This document shows, piece after piece, positions 12,870 through 26,700 of a stretch of 64,000 bases of DNA. Below the pieces are notes generated by a model. It was given only the letters and a program-made list of their open reading frames with translations, had not been told where the DNA came from and made no database searches. The translations under genes were made by a program, and so were the position numbers. The stretch lies in assembly GCF_030144855.1 (NCBI RefSeq), contig NC_082731.1:22878001-22942000 (forward strand), in the 5' to 3' direction. Each line of letters opens with the position of its first letter. Position 1 is the first letter of the stretch. Origin of the DNA: Hypanus sabinus (Eukaryota).

Positions 12870-15800
12870 AATAATGGTATACAGGTGTGGCAATGAAGTA
12901 GGAATAAAAAGCGAGGATGTCCTGAAGAGTGAGCGTAGAGAGTTTTGTAAGAAGTTAAAAAGTGGGATCCTGAAGACGGTAATGACAGGATTTCTACCTA
13001 TGCCACGTGTCAGTGAGGGGAAGAGTAGGATGCTCTGGCTGAGGAACTGGTGTAGGTTTATTTGGTTTATTCTGGATTTCAGGAACATTGTGATGTCATC
13101 TGGAGCAGGTGAATCCTGTACAAGGGAGATGGGATAAAACTGAACTAAGGGAAGCAACATCCTTGAGCGAGGACTTTAGTACTATTGGGGAGGATTTAAA
13201 CCAGATTTTCATGGGGATGGCAGCCAAAGTGACGGAGCAGAGAGTGGGGCTGGAGTGAAAATAAATTATGTTCAAAGGTCGTGCAGAGTCAGACATAGAA
13301 GGCTTGTGTGCGGTGGTAATATTCTCCTGAGGTGTGTCGATTTCAATGCAAGAAGTATTGTGGGGAAGACAGACAAACTGAGAAGAAGATTGACACGTGG
13401 AATTATGTCATTATAGCCATCAGTGAATCTTGGCTACAGGAAAGTTAAGACTGACAGCTTAATGTTCCAGGGTTTAGATGTTTCAGACGTGAGAGAGCAG
13501 AAGGATGATGGGTAGTGGTGTGTTTGTATTTCGAGTCATAGAAAATGTGACAGCAGTGCTCAGGCAAGACTGTTTAGGCGGCTTGTCAACTGAGACCCTC
13601 TGGGGGCAGCTGAGAAACAGAAAATGTATGACAACATTGACGTGATTGTATTACATACCACCCAATATTCAGTGAGAATTAGAGGAGAAAATCTGCAGAG
13701 AGATAACAGACAACTGCAGGAAATAGAAAGTTCTGATAGTAGGGATTTTAATTTTCCAAATATTGATTGGGAAACCCATACTGTTAAGTGCCTAGACGGG
13801 TTACCGTTGTAAAATGTGTTCAGGAAAGTTTTCTAAATCAATATATAGTGGTAGCAACCAGAGAGGATGCAATATTAGATCTCCTATTAAGAAACGAGTT
13901 AGGACAGGTGACGGATGTGTGTGTAGAGAAAGACGTTGGTTCCAGTGGTAATAACAACTTTAGTTTGAACTTGATGATGGATAAACATAGATCTGGTCCG
14001 CGGGTTAAGTTTCTAGACTGGTAAACGGCGAAATGTGAAGAAATGCGAAAGGATCTAAAGAGCGTGGATTGGGACAGTTTGTTATCTAGGTACGAATTGA
14101 TTGGTAAGTGGGAGGCATTCAAAGGAGAAATCTTGAGAGTGCAGAGGTTGTATTTTCCTTTCAGGATTAAAGGCAAAGTGAATAAGCATAAGAAACGTTG
14201 GTTCTTGAGAGATATTGGAACTCAGATAGAGAAGAAGACAGCGAGATATATAACATGTATAGGAAAAATGAACAATTAAGGTGCTTGCGGTTTATATAAA
14301 AGTGCATAGCAACTTAGGAAATAAGTCAGGAGGGCTATAATGAGACACGAGGCTGTTTTGGCAGTCAAGCTAAAGCATAATCCTAAGAGATTCCAGATCT
14401 ATTTTAAGAGCATAAAGCTATTAAGTGATAAAAGTGGACCTCTTGTAGATCAGAGAGGTCGGCCAAGTACGGAAGCAAAGGAAATGGGGGATATCTAAAA
14501 TGAATTGTTGCGTCTGTGTTTACTAGGGAAACTGGTATGGTGTCTATGGAAATAAGGAAAACAGGTAGTGAGGTCATGGAACCTATAGAGATTAACGAGA
14601 AGGAGCTGATTGCTGTCTTCAGGCACATCAGAGTAGATAGGTTCCCAGGACCTAGCAGGATATCTCTCGTACCTCGAAGGAAACTAGTCTTGATATTGCA
14701 GAGGGCTTGGAAGATATAATTAAAAAGTCGATATCTACCGGTTAGGTGATTGGAGGATACCTCATTTTGTTCCGTTGTTTAAAATAGGCTCTAAATGTCA
14801 TCCGAGAAATTGTATGCCGGTACTTTTGACTTAGTAGGCAAATTATTAGGAGTACTAAGAGATAGTATCTACAAGTATTGCGATAGACGGGACGTAGTAG
14901 GCAAAGTCAACATGGCTTTGCGCGTGGTAGGACATGTTTAACCAATCTATCAGAGTTTTTCGAGGAAGTTATCAAGAAAGTGGATGAAGGGAAGGCAGAA
15001 GATGTTGTCTGCATGGACGTCAGTAAGGCATTTGACATGCTCCCGCATGGGAGGATTGTTAGCAAGATTGAGATCCTAGGTATACGTAGTGAGTTAGTGA
15101 TTTGGTTTAGATATTGGTTCAGTGGGAAAAGCCAGGAAGTAGTACTGGATGATTGCCTCTCTGAGTGGTCTCCTGTGACTAATTGTGTACCAGAGGGATT
15201 AGGGCTTGGCCGATTCGTATCTGCCATCTACATCAATGATCTGGATGATAAAATGGGAAATCTGCTGATGATACAATGTTTGGAGATGAGGCGGACAGTG
15301 AGGAAGGCTTGCAAAGCTTGTAGAGGGATTTGAACCACCTAGAAGTATGGGCTGAAAAATTGAGTTTAATGCAGACAAATGTGAAGTATTGTACTTTTGA
15401 AGGTACAAACCACGGTCGAACATATCAGGTAAATGATAGGTTACTGAGGAGAGCTGAAGAAGAGAGAGAGCTGGGAACACAGATATATAATTCGCGGAAA
15501 GTGGTGTGAAATGTAGATACGGTGGTCAAGAGAGCTTTTAGCACATTGCCATTTATGAATCAAAGTACTGATTATAAGACGTGGAATCTTATGGTGAGGT
15601 TGAATGAGACATTGCTGAGATCGAATTTTGAATATTGTGTGAAGATTTCTTTTTTCTCCTAATTACAGGAAGAGTATTAATAAGGCTGAAAGATTGCAGA
15701 GAATGTTTACAGGGATGATGCCGGGACTTGAGAACCTGAGTTACAGAACAAGGTTGAATAGGGTAGGAGTTTATTCCCTGGAGTGGAGAAGAAAGAAGGG

Positions 15801-16170
15801 AGATTTGATGGAGATGATGGGTATAGTCAGAATGAATGCAAGCAGGCTTCTTCCACTGAGGACAGGGGAGAGAAAAAAATATCAGAGGACATGTGTTAAA
15901 GCTGAAGGGGGGAAATTTAAATGGAAAATTGCGGGGGGGGGACTTCTTCACACAGACAATAGTGGGAGTGTATAATGAGCTGCCAGTTGAAGTGGTAAAT
16001 GCAGGCTCAATTTTAACATTTAAGAAAAACTTGGACCGGTACATGGAGGAGACAGGTATGGAAGGATATAGTCCAGGCGCAGATCAGTGGGACTCGGCAG
16101 CAAAAATGGTTCAGCATAGTCAAGAAGGTGCGAAGTGCCTGTTTCTGTGCTGTATTATTCTCTGGTTCTT
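12870..16170 (+). mobile_element. Decayed CR1 LINE (end of ORF1 esterase, ORF2 endonuclease and RT, 3'UTR)
   Basis: Esterase remnant (WLRNWC), endonuclease motifs (FNARS, DFNFPNIDW, ILDLLL) and RT remnants (DVSKAFDMLPHGR, INDLDD). The 3' end is at TTTCTGTGCTGTATT. Many stops and frameshifts. Confidence 0.9.
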
Positions 16171-16824
16171 ATCAGGACCGTGTCAGACTCAAGCTGGACA
16201 GCACGATCAAAGGACTAGGTAATAGTTGATCCAAAGTTGTTTTTGAGCACCTCATGGGCCAGCTCCTACAATATGTGCCGGAAAGCCAGAACAAAGTCAA
16301 AGATTATTTTGTTCACGAATGAATTATAAAGTTAAGTGCAGTTCATTTGAAAACCAGCAACTGTATCACAGTCACATTGCATCATGTAAGCACAATTCAT
16401 AAATACAAATGTAAACAGTGATTATGCATATCTGTACACGACTGAACGCAATTAAACTTCGAATAAAATACAATTCTACTCTTACAGTAATTAAAGTGTT
16501 TAAGCTGTCGAAAAACTGTAGAGATGATATATTTATCGCTCTGAAATCAATTCTCTGGACACGGAATGCCTCTGGAATTTATTTAAAGGCGTGTCATAAT
16601 CAGAACTTCGCATAGAAACGGGTCTATTACGCTGGGTAACGGTTTGACATCCTTCAAACACTAAATACGTTAACCTCACAGAGTCGCAGGAGGAGGCAGA
16701 GCGGTGTGGAAGTGTAAAAGATAACAGATTTCACTATGACAAACACGTTCGGAGCCCGTATAGAACACCGATTACCCACTGAGAGTTATTTAGTTAGCAT
16801 GTGTGATCTCTGGGATAGAGACTG

Positions 16825-16968
16825 NNNNNNNNNNNNNNNNNNNNNNNNNNNNNNNNNNNNNNNNNNNNNNNNNNNNNNNNNNNNNNNNNNNNNNNNNNNN
16901 NNNNNNNNNNNNNNNNNNNNNNNNNNNNNNNNNNNNNNNNNNNNNNNNNNNNNNNNNNNNNNNNNNNN
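16825..16968. other. Assembly gap (144 N)
   Basis: Run of N. Confidence 1.
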
Positions 16969-17959
16969 TGAGACAAAACTCCGCAGAATATAATTCCTTT
17001 CTCATACTCATTCCCAAGCACCTTAAATCCTTCACTGACGATGACACCTGCACTTGTCAGTGAGTCTGTGTTTTGTCCTGTCAGCTTGGCGTCTCGATCT
17101 CAACATTACTGTCGGCCTGTCCACACGTTTTGCACATATCGTTCAGAACTTCTGATAAATATTAATGCTTCCAGTAACTCTCGGAGATAATAGTAGAATA
17201 AGGACAGACAATAACAATGAACTTTAATTATTGTGCAAAGTTTGATACAGATACTGTTCATAGTACCTACAGTATCCCGGAGGTTCGCCGACACATACAT
17301 TGAAGAGACTGAGCTTTGGTTACGCACTTCAGCCGTACGATATGCCAGATTGTTTTTTCGGATTCCACGAGAGAGGCTGCTTCGTGTTAATGTAAGTAGA
17401 TGTGGAGTTATTTTCTCTACTTCAGTCCTGTGTCTCTATATTATAATGTTAAAACTGATTTCGGGAAAAAAAAAACAGGTGTAGAACCAGGCTGAATAAG
17501 AACCCTCGAGATCAAACGAGACTACATTCTCAACTGGGTGAGGTAAAACGTTGTTCCAGCATACCAGAAAGACGGATCAAAGAGACCATTCTGGTATATG
17601 CAGCGGAATAGGGTTTGGCAAGTCCGGGTGGTTAAAGCAACGTTTGGTGAAATACGGTGTGTAAACGGTAAGTTGCCTCCAGATGTGTTATTTGATTCGC
17701 TCCTCACACAGCAATCTGCTTTTCCTTGCACCCAAGACTTCAGAGTAAATTATCTGCAAAAAAAAAATCAAGTACAATGAGAAAATAAAAACTGAAAACA
17801 AAGTTCACCACACTAAAGGAAACGTTCTCCGTGTATCATTTTCTCCCAGCTCAATACCTCCTGTAAATATTTGACGTCCGCGGATTAGTTTTGGGGCTGT
17901 ACTAATCTGTGAGAGCCAAATAGTAAAAGATCTCCAAAATGTTTCACAGTTTGTGGACA

Positions 17960-18260
17960 GGAAAGTATGTAAAACATGAATGTCAGAGCAATCTTGCAAG
18001 AGTTGGTGAACAGCATTCATGGTGTGGATATACAGAGGCTTTTTTCTCAAGGCTGAAGTGGCTAACATGAGGGGTGTCATAGTTTTAATATGCTTGAAAG
18101 TAAGTGCAGATGGGATGTCAGCGGTAGGATTTTCACACAGAGAGTGATGGTGGAAGCATATAACATGGCTTCTTTTGAAAGCCTCTTCGATCGGCATATG
18201 GAGCTTAGACAAATAGAGGGCAATGCATGAGGGAAATGCAAGGCAATTTCTAGGGTAGAC
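17960..18260 (+). mobile_element. Decayed CR1 3' fragment
   Basis: CAGAGGCTTTTTCTCAAGG...TTTTCACACAGAGAGTG...GATCGGCATATGGAG matches the CR1 ORF2 C-terminal region of the other copies. Confidence 0.7.
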
Positions 18261-19739
18261 TGCGTAGTCGCCAAAACATTGGCTTTTATTATGCTGTAGA
18301 TTTCCATACTTTACATTCTATGTTCACTGCAGTTGTCCATGTGGAATAATTGTGTTGAATGCATCCACTCAGAGCTAAATTAACTCTTTCAAATAGCCTC
18401 AGTACCTATATCTTCAGGTGCTTCTCCTCAACAGGCAGATCACAGGCGGAGTGATGATGCTTTTTCATCTATTACTTGTAACAATTCATACATCTTGTTG
18501 TATACTATTGCAGGTCGCATTTCGCATTGGTGAGAAGGAGGACTTGTAATACAGGATTTAAGTGAAACATCGTAATAAGAAATTATAACAACAGTTAGAA
18601 GAACCCAACGTGGTTAAAACCGATTCGCAATATTTTACGCAGAGTTCACCTATTTCATTTGCATTTTTCAGCAGTTGTGGTCTCTACGCTGTTTGTATTT
18701 GTTGTTTTATTGCAAGTAGTTTTTTTTTTTGCAGAGTTCATTGTGTACATGCATTTGATTTTTTTTTTAATTCGCACTCATCTCTTGTAGTTTTTCTGTA
18801 TTTCCTGGTGCATGATGGCCGGATAAATTTGGATCTTCCACATTTAGACTCAAAGATCGTCTCGAATGAAACAAATCCTGTTGCTTGTCAGGGTGGAAAA
18901 GTAATTATTCCGAAGCAGGTTAGTTCCATTCCGTCCAAATGTTGCATTATACAGCTGTACATTGCGATGTTCCACTCCAAATGACCAAAACACTCACATT
19001 TCATAAAATTGCAATTATACAACAATGTTCTTAAAACTTCTTTGTTAGACTGTCAGAAAAATATGCCTTAGTTTAAATGCACTTGAAATGAAAATTGACG
19101 GAAATCTTCAGCGAATGGTAGTGTCACATCTGCTCGATTCTTAAATAAAATTACGGCCCATGCAATGTTAACACTAAATCCCTCTTCACTTCTGACCCAT
19201 GCCGCTTGACCGTTTTGAAGCTTAAATGAATATCCAAATTACGCTCTCAACATATATTATTAACGACTGTGTCTCCAGAGGTCTGTGTCGTCAGTAGTCA
19301 CAGGCCAATGGAAGAGTAAGTTCTTGCTCAGTAATGTTTTCGAAACAAACTTCTACCCTTTGTTAAAAGTAATATTTCCCTCAGAGCAAGATTCTACAAT
19401 GAGGACAAATACTTTCCAGCAAACCCACCGTCAAGAACAACGCAAAAACGCAAATCAGTATGTTTCAGCAAATTCTTGTTATATATATTTATCTTTTTTT
19501 TTCAGGCGATGTCGATGTTTCTCTATTTTCTTCCTATTCATATCAATGCTTCATCATTTTTCCTTAATTGGTTTTTGTTTCTGTTTGAGTAATTCTGCTT
19601 TGATATCCAAGTTTGAGCCGAAAAGCAAACACCGAAAAATGGAAACTTTGAACGCCTGCAGCACCATACAGGCTATTGGGCCCCAAAATTTGTGCTAAAA
19701 GTGTCCCTAACTTAGAAATTACTAGCGTTACCCATAGCC

Positions 19740-20140
19740 CTCTCTTTTTGTAAGTTCCTTGTTCCAAAAGCTTCTTAAAAGACCCTATCCTATCAGCCTT
19801 AACTGCCATTGCCGGCAGCCCTTTCTGTATCTCTCTATATCTTAGTTACTCCTTCAGACACACTTCCGCATTATATATTCCCACAGGGGTCCATTAACTG
19901 ATTTTTTTTTTGTTTCTCTGTATAGCACATTTGTCACAGATGGACGTAATCCACTTGTACTTGTAGATAAACATAGAAATCCTACATCAAATTGCAATCC
20001 CTTCGACCCGCAAAGCAGTGTCAAACATGTCGTACCTCACAAGTTATCTAGGGTTATCTGTAGCCCTCTATTTTTCGAAGATCTGTGTACCTATCCAGGA
20101 TCCTCTTAAAAGACCCTATCGTTTTTGGCCTCGAACAGCA
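19740..20140 (-). mobile_element. Two short CR1 3'-end remnants
   Basis: CTTAAAAGACCCTATC occurs twice, and CCCTCTATTTTT...GTACCTATCCAGG is an antisense CR1 3' end. Confidence 0.5.
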
Positions 20141-20194
20141 AATCTATTTCCATATCTCTCAATAAAATGCAAGACTTGTTGAATTACCTTTTTC

Positions 20195-22166
20195 GCTATT
20201 CCTGCCACATAACTTCCTTTACATGAAAACATATTTTATGTCACCGTTGGCAAAACATCCAGGAAAACAGATTCAGCACATTATGTTTTTGAATTGAAAT
20301 GACTTTACTTTTTCCTCCTTCACATGCATGAGGAGTAAACAACTTTACTTGGGGTCTTTCATTCAATGTGCAATTTGCAATCATAGCAATTTATAATAAT
20401 TTATAATCAATAGAACAGTGAAGGTGAGATGTAAGTACCGCTCATCATCGTGGGTTAATCAGTCTAATGGGTTTTTGGAAGAAGCTGTCCCTGAGCCTGT
20501 TGGTCCTTGATATTATGCCGGATGGTAGCATCTGTAATAGATTGTTTTTTTGGGTGAGTCGGGGCCAGATGATCATTCGGGCCCTTTATCACATCTGTCT
20601 TTGTAAATGTCCCGAATCATGGGAAGTTCACATCTGCTAATTCTCTGGGTTTTCCGCTGCAACTCTCTACAGAATCCTGCACTTAAGGGAAGGACAATTC
20701 CCCTGCAAGGGAGTGAAGCACCCAAGCAGGATGCTCTCAAATGTGCCGCTGTAGGCTGTTCCTAGCATTTGCGGCCCATACAAAACAACCTCCACCGTCT
20801 GAAGAGACGCTGAATTCTTCCCTCGTGGGCGCCACATTATCTATTGACATTGAGACAGTCAGTGCGGTATCGGCCGCAAATTTAGTTAGCAGATTAGAGC
20901 TCTGGGTGGCGACAAATTCATGGGTACACAGGTAGTAAAGTAGGACACTTAGTACACAGCGCTAAAGGGCTCCTGTGCGGAGAGTCAGACGGGTGGAGTT
21001 TAGAGATCACACTCTTTTCATCTGCCGGCGATCTGACAGAGATAGACACACTTTATTGACCCCGACGAAAACTAGGTTTCATTACACACGCTCCAACCAA
21101 GAATAGTGCAGAAATATAGCAATATAAAACTATAAATAATTAAATAAATACAAGTTAATCATGCCAAGTGGAAATATACTCACCACCAGCTGATTGGCAC
21201 AGGGTGCCTGTCACTCCGAGGGAGGAGTTGTAAAGGAATGCTTCCTATGACTCTCAGTGTTACATCTCTGGCTGAATGTACTCCCATCCCTATCCAGTAC
21301 CGTTTTTTTTTTCCCGCAAAAGTGTTCCAGCATCGCCCCGCACGGATCGAACCCGGGTTTGAGTTACGGAGGCGGAGGTAGAAACTGACGAAGATGATCC
21401 CGTGAGACAGGTGCAACCTGCACCGCGCCGACCCCGACTTTGTCAAAGAAAGGATCACTGCTACCAGTGCGGTGAGGCAGGTCATTTCGCCTGGGAATGC
21501 TCCGCACTGGCACAATGCCAAAGTTCAGAGCAGCCATTGGGAAATTTCGAGCGGGAAGCGCCGCCCGAGTGCTCCAGCAGAACCACTCCGTGTTGTCGAT
21601 TTGGGTGAGGAACAAGGATTATACGTGGACTGCATGGTGTAGGACATCAAATGCTGTGCGTTGGTGGACACCGGGTCAACCAACAGTATCATCTGTTCAA
21701 GGAAAAGCCATCCCCGCATTGCAGTCCGACTAGTCCGGCCAATGGCAACAGTGCGCCAATGCAAAAGAAGTGCGGGTTTCGCGTCGCAGTGAAGAAAAAC
21801 GCAGTGGTGCAGGAGGTGTGGCTCGCCGAGATTCAGCAGTCCTGAACCCTTGGCCTGGACCGGCTGTACCGCTGGGCGACCCATGAGGATGCAACACTCT
21901 CCCTAGTAATAAAACCTTGGCACTCCGCAAGGGCAGGTCCAGGAAGCCGTCCCACCGGGTGCAGCAACCACCGGCTGTTTCATAGCAGCCCGTGGTAGTG
22001 CAGCACACCCTGCCGCGGCCCAGCGCAACACAGCTGAAACAGGGGCAAGCAGCGTTTATAGCGTTTCAGGAGAGAACCCGCGACAACTTCGAAATCATGG
22101 ACCAGCAGTTGTGCAGCGAAAATTTGGGCTATCCGCTGTTGGCCCGCGTGATGGAATGGCTGAGTT
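20195..22166 (+). repeat. Segmental duplication, copy 1 (paralogous to 61990-64000)
   Basis: Collinear similarity, roughly 75-80% by eye. Both copies contain GAAATGACTTTACTTTT.CCTCCTTCACATGCATGAGGAGTAAAC and GAAGAAGCTGTCCCTGAGCCTGTTGGT and share the same TE junctions. Confidence 0.92.
20420..21300 (-). mobile_element. Rex1/Babar-clade LINE fragments (RT piece plus 3' end)
   Basis: The antisense reads the GA.QG..LS..LY.L.TH..VA...S....KFADD-type RT motif. This is clearer in the paralogous copy at 62604-62918. Confidence 0.7.
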
Positions 22167-22510
22167 TAGGATACTGTGGATATAGAAACAAAAGCCCTTT
22201 ACTGTACTCACAGTAGGGAACGCTGGAGGACCACGACGGGCTGCTCTTCAGATGGTAGCATTTGTTCGATGGTGACAGACCCTTACAGCTGATGATCCCC
22301 CGGTGTCTCCGTGCCACAGTGCGGCGGACATTGCATTGGCTGTTGGCGGCTGTCCATATCGGAGGGGCAAAATGCTGGACAGTCTGCGTGAACGTTTTTA
22401 CTGGCTTGGGTAATGTTTCTGCACTGCCGCGACTCTTGCAAGTCCCAGAAAGGGCTGGGCCACCAGTGTAGGGATGCATGATTGTCACCTCCCCCGTCGG
22501 TGTGAGACGG
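21320..22510 (+). mobile_element. Decayed Gypsy/Ty3 internal fragment (gag knuckle, protease, integrase N-terminus)
   Basis: CYQCGEAGHFAWEC zinc knuckle, CALVDTGST aspartic protease motif and an integrase-like IPRCLRATV...H segment. Confidence 0.8.
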
Positions 22511-23769
22511 TGACTGCCCTGTTTGTGTCTATCGCAATAAAAATTTTGTGGTGTTTTGGAGCTTCCTTCTCTGTCATTATGGACCAAATCCTGACCACAA
22601 TAATATATCTTGAATATGGAAACCAGTTCGCAGTTTTGCTTGTTAAATATTTGAACTCCGATTTCATCGGATTCAATTCTTCGAATGAATACTTGTAATT
22701 GTTTATCTTGTAAGAATTTGATCCAAGGATATGAGACAATTTGTGTCATAATACAATGTTGTGCAGAAAAAAAAAACTTTCAAAATTGGGCTATTGTCCT
22801 GGATATACCTTTTTTTATATCTAGGGAACTGGATTTGTATGTAGCCTATCTTCTTTTTTTCCCCTCAATTCATAAGGGTACCCGAATAGTCTTTACTTCC
22901 GAAATCGATTTGTACATTCGTAATATTAAATGTGCTCACTCCATTATTTGGAGTTAGAAAACCATTGTCGGAGGCTCCACTGAATAAAGTGCCCTTCAGG
23001 TCAATATTCCTGTCTATTTCTATTGCGCTTCAATAACATCGAATTCCTTCAGCAAATTAATGTTAAAAACAATTGGGTGTCGAGGTGACATCCCTTTAAA
23101 TACGGGATTCTAAAGAACTTCGGAGAAAATGGCTTTGTTTGACAATATGAGATTTGAAATTAATTTTGAAATACAGCATAGTTTTTTTTTCTGCCAAAAT
23201 GCTGAAGTGGCCAAAATGCAAAGCCAAAAACACCTAAACACAAATTAAAAACTCCAAAATCAGAGGATATCCTTCTCAGCCACTCACTCTACCTACTCTT
23301 GAGTGATTCCATCCCAAAGTTCAACATGACGGTTTGCTAGAATTTTCTGTTATGGAAATAACAATGTTTGGCACGGCTGCTGAGCAACATAGAGTGCGGC
23401 AGTTGTGACGACAAATGCCATTGTCACAGCTCTATTTCGTCAACTAACCGCTCTCATTTGAACATGTTTCCCCATTTGGTGCCTCGAGTACAAGGAAGGC
23501 TTCAAATCCCGTGGTGGACACCTGGTCACAGACCAAGAAAAGACAGTCTTCTGAGCAGTAGCAGGGCATTGAGATTCCCATATGGAATGTGAGGTTCATG
23601 ATGGTACAACGATTCCCGGTAACCGGGGAGCAGACGGTACGGAATGCAAATGGAGACGAACAGAACGTCCGATGCAAACACACATGATTAGAACAGACCA
23701 AAGAATCCATCATAGTTGGCCCAAATAGCAAACTCATTTTGCGGAGATCACGAGGTGAAAAATCAGTCA

Positions 23770-26700
23770 AGATTTGAAAAGCTCAGCAGAAAGCTGTTGA
23801 TTAGAAAATCATGATATGAATAACTCAGATTCAGCAGAAAGCAGGTGATTGGATAATCGTGGTCAGATGACCATGCAGTTTGAAAAGCTCAAACAAATTA
23901 CTTGAGTGGTAGCTCAAGCAGAGCGGCATATGGAAAGCGGCCAGTGAGAGAATGGGCAAATGAAGGAGTGGAGATTTGAGGCTTTGACTCGAGAGGCTTC
24001 GACGATAAGAGGCTGAGGATGACGTTCTACCCAGTTAGTCTTTGCAATGCCATCTAAGAATGTGATGTGCCACCCCTGTAAGATGTGTTATTCTTCGGGC
24101 AACTCTCTTCTCCCGCAGAGCCACATTTGCCAGAGGTTATTGCTGCTGGACGATCTGGAAGAATGTGTGAGGAATCTGGAGCAGCAGCTGGATGACCTTT
24201 GGCTCATGAGGGAGAATGAGGCAGTCATAGATGAGAGCTACAGGGAGGTGGACAAAGATAGGCTGCAGGAAGCAGGTAATTGGATGACAGTCCGAGGGTG
24301 AAAAGCGAAGGAGAGTGGACAGGTAGTGCACATTCCAATGAATAATAAGTTAACCGTTATTGACGCTGTTGGCGAGGATGATCGATCAAATGTGAGCTAA
24401 CGTGGCAGAGCCTCTGGCCGTGGGTATGACCCTGTGGTGCAGAAGAATGGGACGGAGAAGAGGAAAGCTGACGTCATTGGAGACTATAGTCAGGGGAGCA
24501 GACAGGAGATTTTGTGGACATAAGAAGGACACCCGCCAGGTTTGTTGCCGCCCGCGTGCCAGGGTTCGTGATTTCTCCGAGCGGGTGCATGACATACTTT
24601 TAAGAGAAGGAAAGCAACAAGAAGTCGTGATAAATTTTGGTATCAACGACGTAAGCAGGAAGAGGAATGAGGTCCTGAAGAGTGAGTTTCGGGAACTAAG
24701 CAGAAGGTTGAAGAACAGGAACTCAAGGGTGGCGTTCTCAGTATTGCAGCCAGTGTTACGTGATAGTGATGGTAAGAATTGGAGGAGATGGTAGTTGAAT
24801 GCGACGCTGAGAAGTTGGTGCAGGGCGCAGAGTTTTAGATTTTTGGATCATTGGGATCACTTCTCGGAAAGATGGGACCTGTACAGGTTGGATGAGTTGC
24901 ATCTGAACTCGAGGGGTGCAATATCCTTGAAGGTAGGTTTGCTAGCATGTTTCGGGAGTGCTTAAAATAATTTGCAATGGTGATGGGACTCAGCGCGATA
25001 GAGCAGTGAAAGAAGTGCATGGAGTAAAGCTGGATCTAACATACAGAGAGGATTTGATGATAGAGAAGCAGAATAAAGTGTGTAAAGTTAGAAAAGTAGA
25101 AGAGCTAAAGTGTGTGTTCTTCAATGCAAGAAGCATCAGAAACAAAATTGATGAACTGAGAGTTTGGTTGCATACATGGAATTATGATGTATTGGCCATT
25201 ATGGAAGCTTGGCTGGCACCAGGGCAGGAATGGAAACTCAATATTCCTGGATTTCAGTGCTTTAAAATGGGATAGAGAGGGAGGAAAAGGGGAGGAGTTG
25301 TGGCATTACTACTGTGAGATACCACTACAGCTGAAGAAAGGGTGGATAATGTTGCAGGAACCGATTTTGAATCAGTATTTATAGAAGTCAGGAACAATAA
25401 TTGGGCAGTTGCTCTACTGGGGCAATTCGATACGCGCCTTGGTAGCAGCAGAGATACCGAGGAGCAGATTGTGAGTCTGATTTTGGAAAGTTGCTAAAGA
25501 ACAGGTTTGTTATCATGGGTGACTTTAACTTCCCGAATATTGACTGGCACTTGCTTAGTTCCAAGGGTTTAGATGGGGCAGATTTTGGTAAGTGTGTCCA
25601 GGTTGGATTCCTGTCGCAGTATGCTGACAGGCCGACTAGAGGGAATTCCATACTAGATCTAGCATTAGGTAACGAACCAGTTCAGGTCTCAGATCTGTCA
25701 GTGGATCAGCATCTGGCGGACAGTGATCACCGCTCCCTGGCCTTTAGCATTACCACGGGAAAAGATAGAATCCGAGAGAACATGATGTTTTTTTTTAATT
25801 GGGGAATGGCGAATAATGAGGCTATAAGGCTGCAACTTGTGGGTGTGAATTGGGATGATGCTTTCGCTGGGAAATGTACTATGGACAAGTGGTCGATGTT
25901 TAAGGATATTTTCGCACGATGTTAGGGACAAATTTGTCCCGGTGAAGAAGATAAAGAATGGTAGGATGAAGAAACCATGGGTGACAAGTGAAGTGGAAAA
26001 TCTAGTCAAGTCGGAAGGCAGCATACATGAGGTTTAGGAAGTAAGGATCAGAAGGGTCTTTTGAGGAATATAAGGTTGCAAGAAAGGAGATTACGAAAGG
26101 GTTGAGAAGAGCAAGAACGGGGCATGAGCACGCCTTTGCGAGTAGGGTAAATGAAAACTCCAAGGCATTCTTCAATAATGTGAAGAACAAAAGTATGACA
26201 GGAGTAAATGTAGGACCGATTAGAGATACAGTTGGAAAGATGTGCCTGGAGGCTGTAGAAGTGAGTGAGGTCCTCAATGAATACTTCTCTTCGGTATTCG
26301 CCAATGAGAGGCAACTTGATGACTGTCATGACAATGTGAGTGTGGTTGATCTTTTGGGGCGTGCTGATGTTAAGGAGCAGGAGGTGTTGGAGTTCTTAAA
26401 ATACATTAGGACGGATATGTCCCCGTGGCCTAATGGAATATTCACCAGGCTGTACCACGAAGCGTGGGAACAGATTGCTGAGCCTCTGGCTGGTATCTTC
26501 ATGTCCTCATTGTCCACTGGAACGGTACCGGAGGATTGGAGGGAAGCGAATGTTGTTCCCTTGTTCAGAAAACATAGTAGGGATTGTCCGGGTAATTAAA
26601 GACCAGTGAGCCTTGCGTCTGTGGTGGGAAAGCTGTTGGAAAAAGATTCTTAAAGATATGGTCTAAGGGCATTTAGAGAATCATGGTCTGCATCCCTTTG

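Noticed and set aside
16232-16290. TGTTTTTGA nonamer-like sequence upstream of ATATGTG
   Set aside because: The heptamer is poor, the spacing is off, and no J coding motif follows.
18800-18960. Weak resemblance to 54320-54460 that would extend the segmental duplication
   Set aside because: Only short motifs match by eye; it cannot be distinguished from chance without an alignment.
23440-23770. IPIWNVR motif suggesting a LINE endonuclease start
   Set aside because: No further endonuclease motifs in frame; left unassigned.
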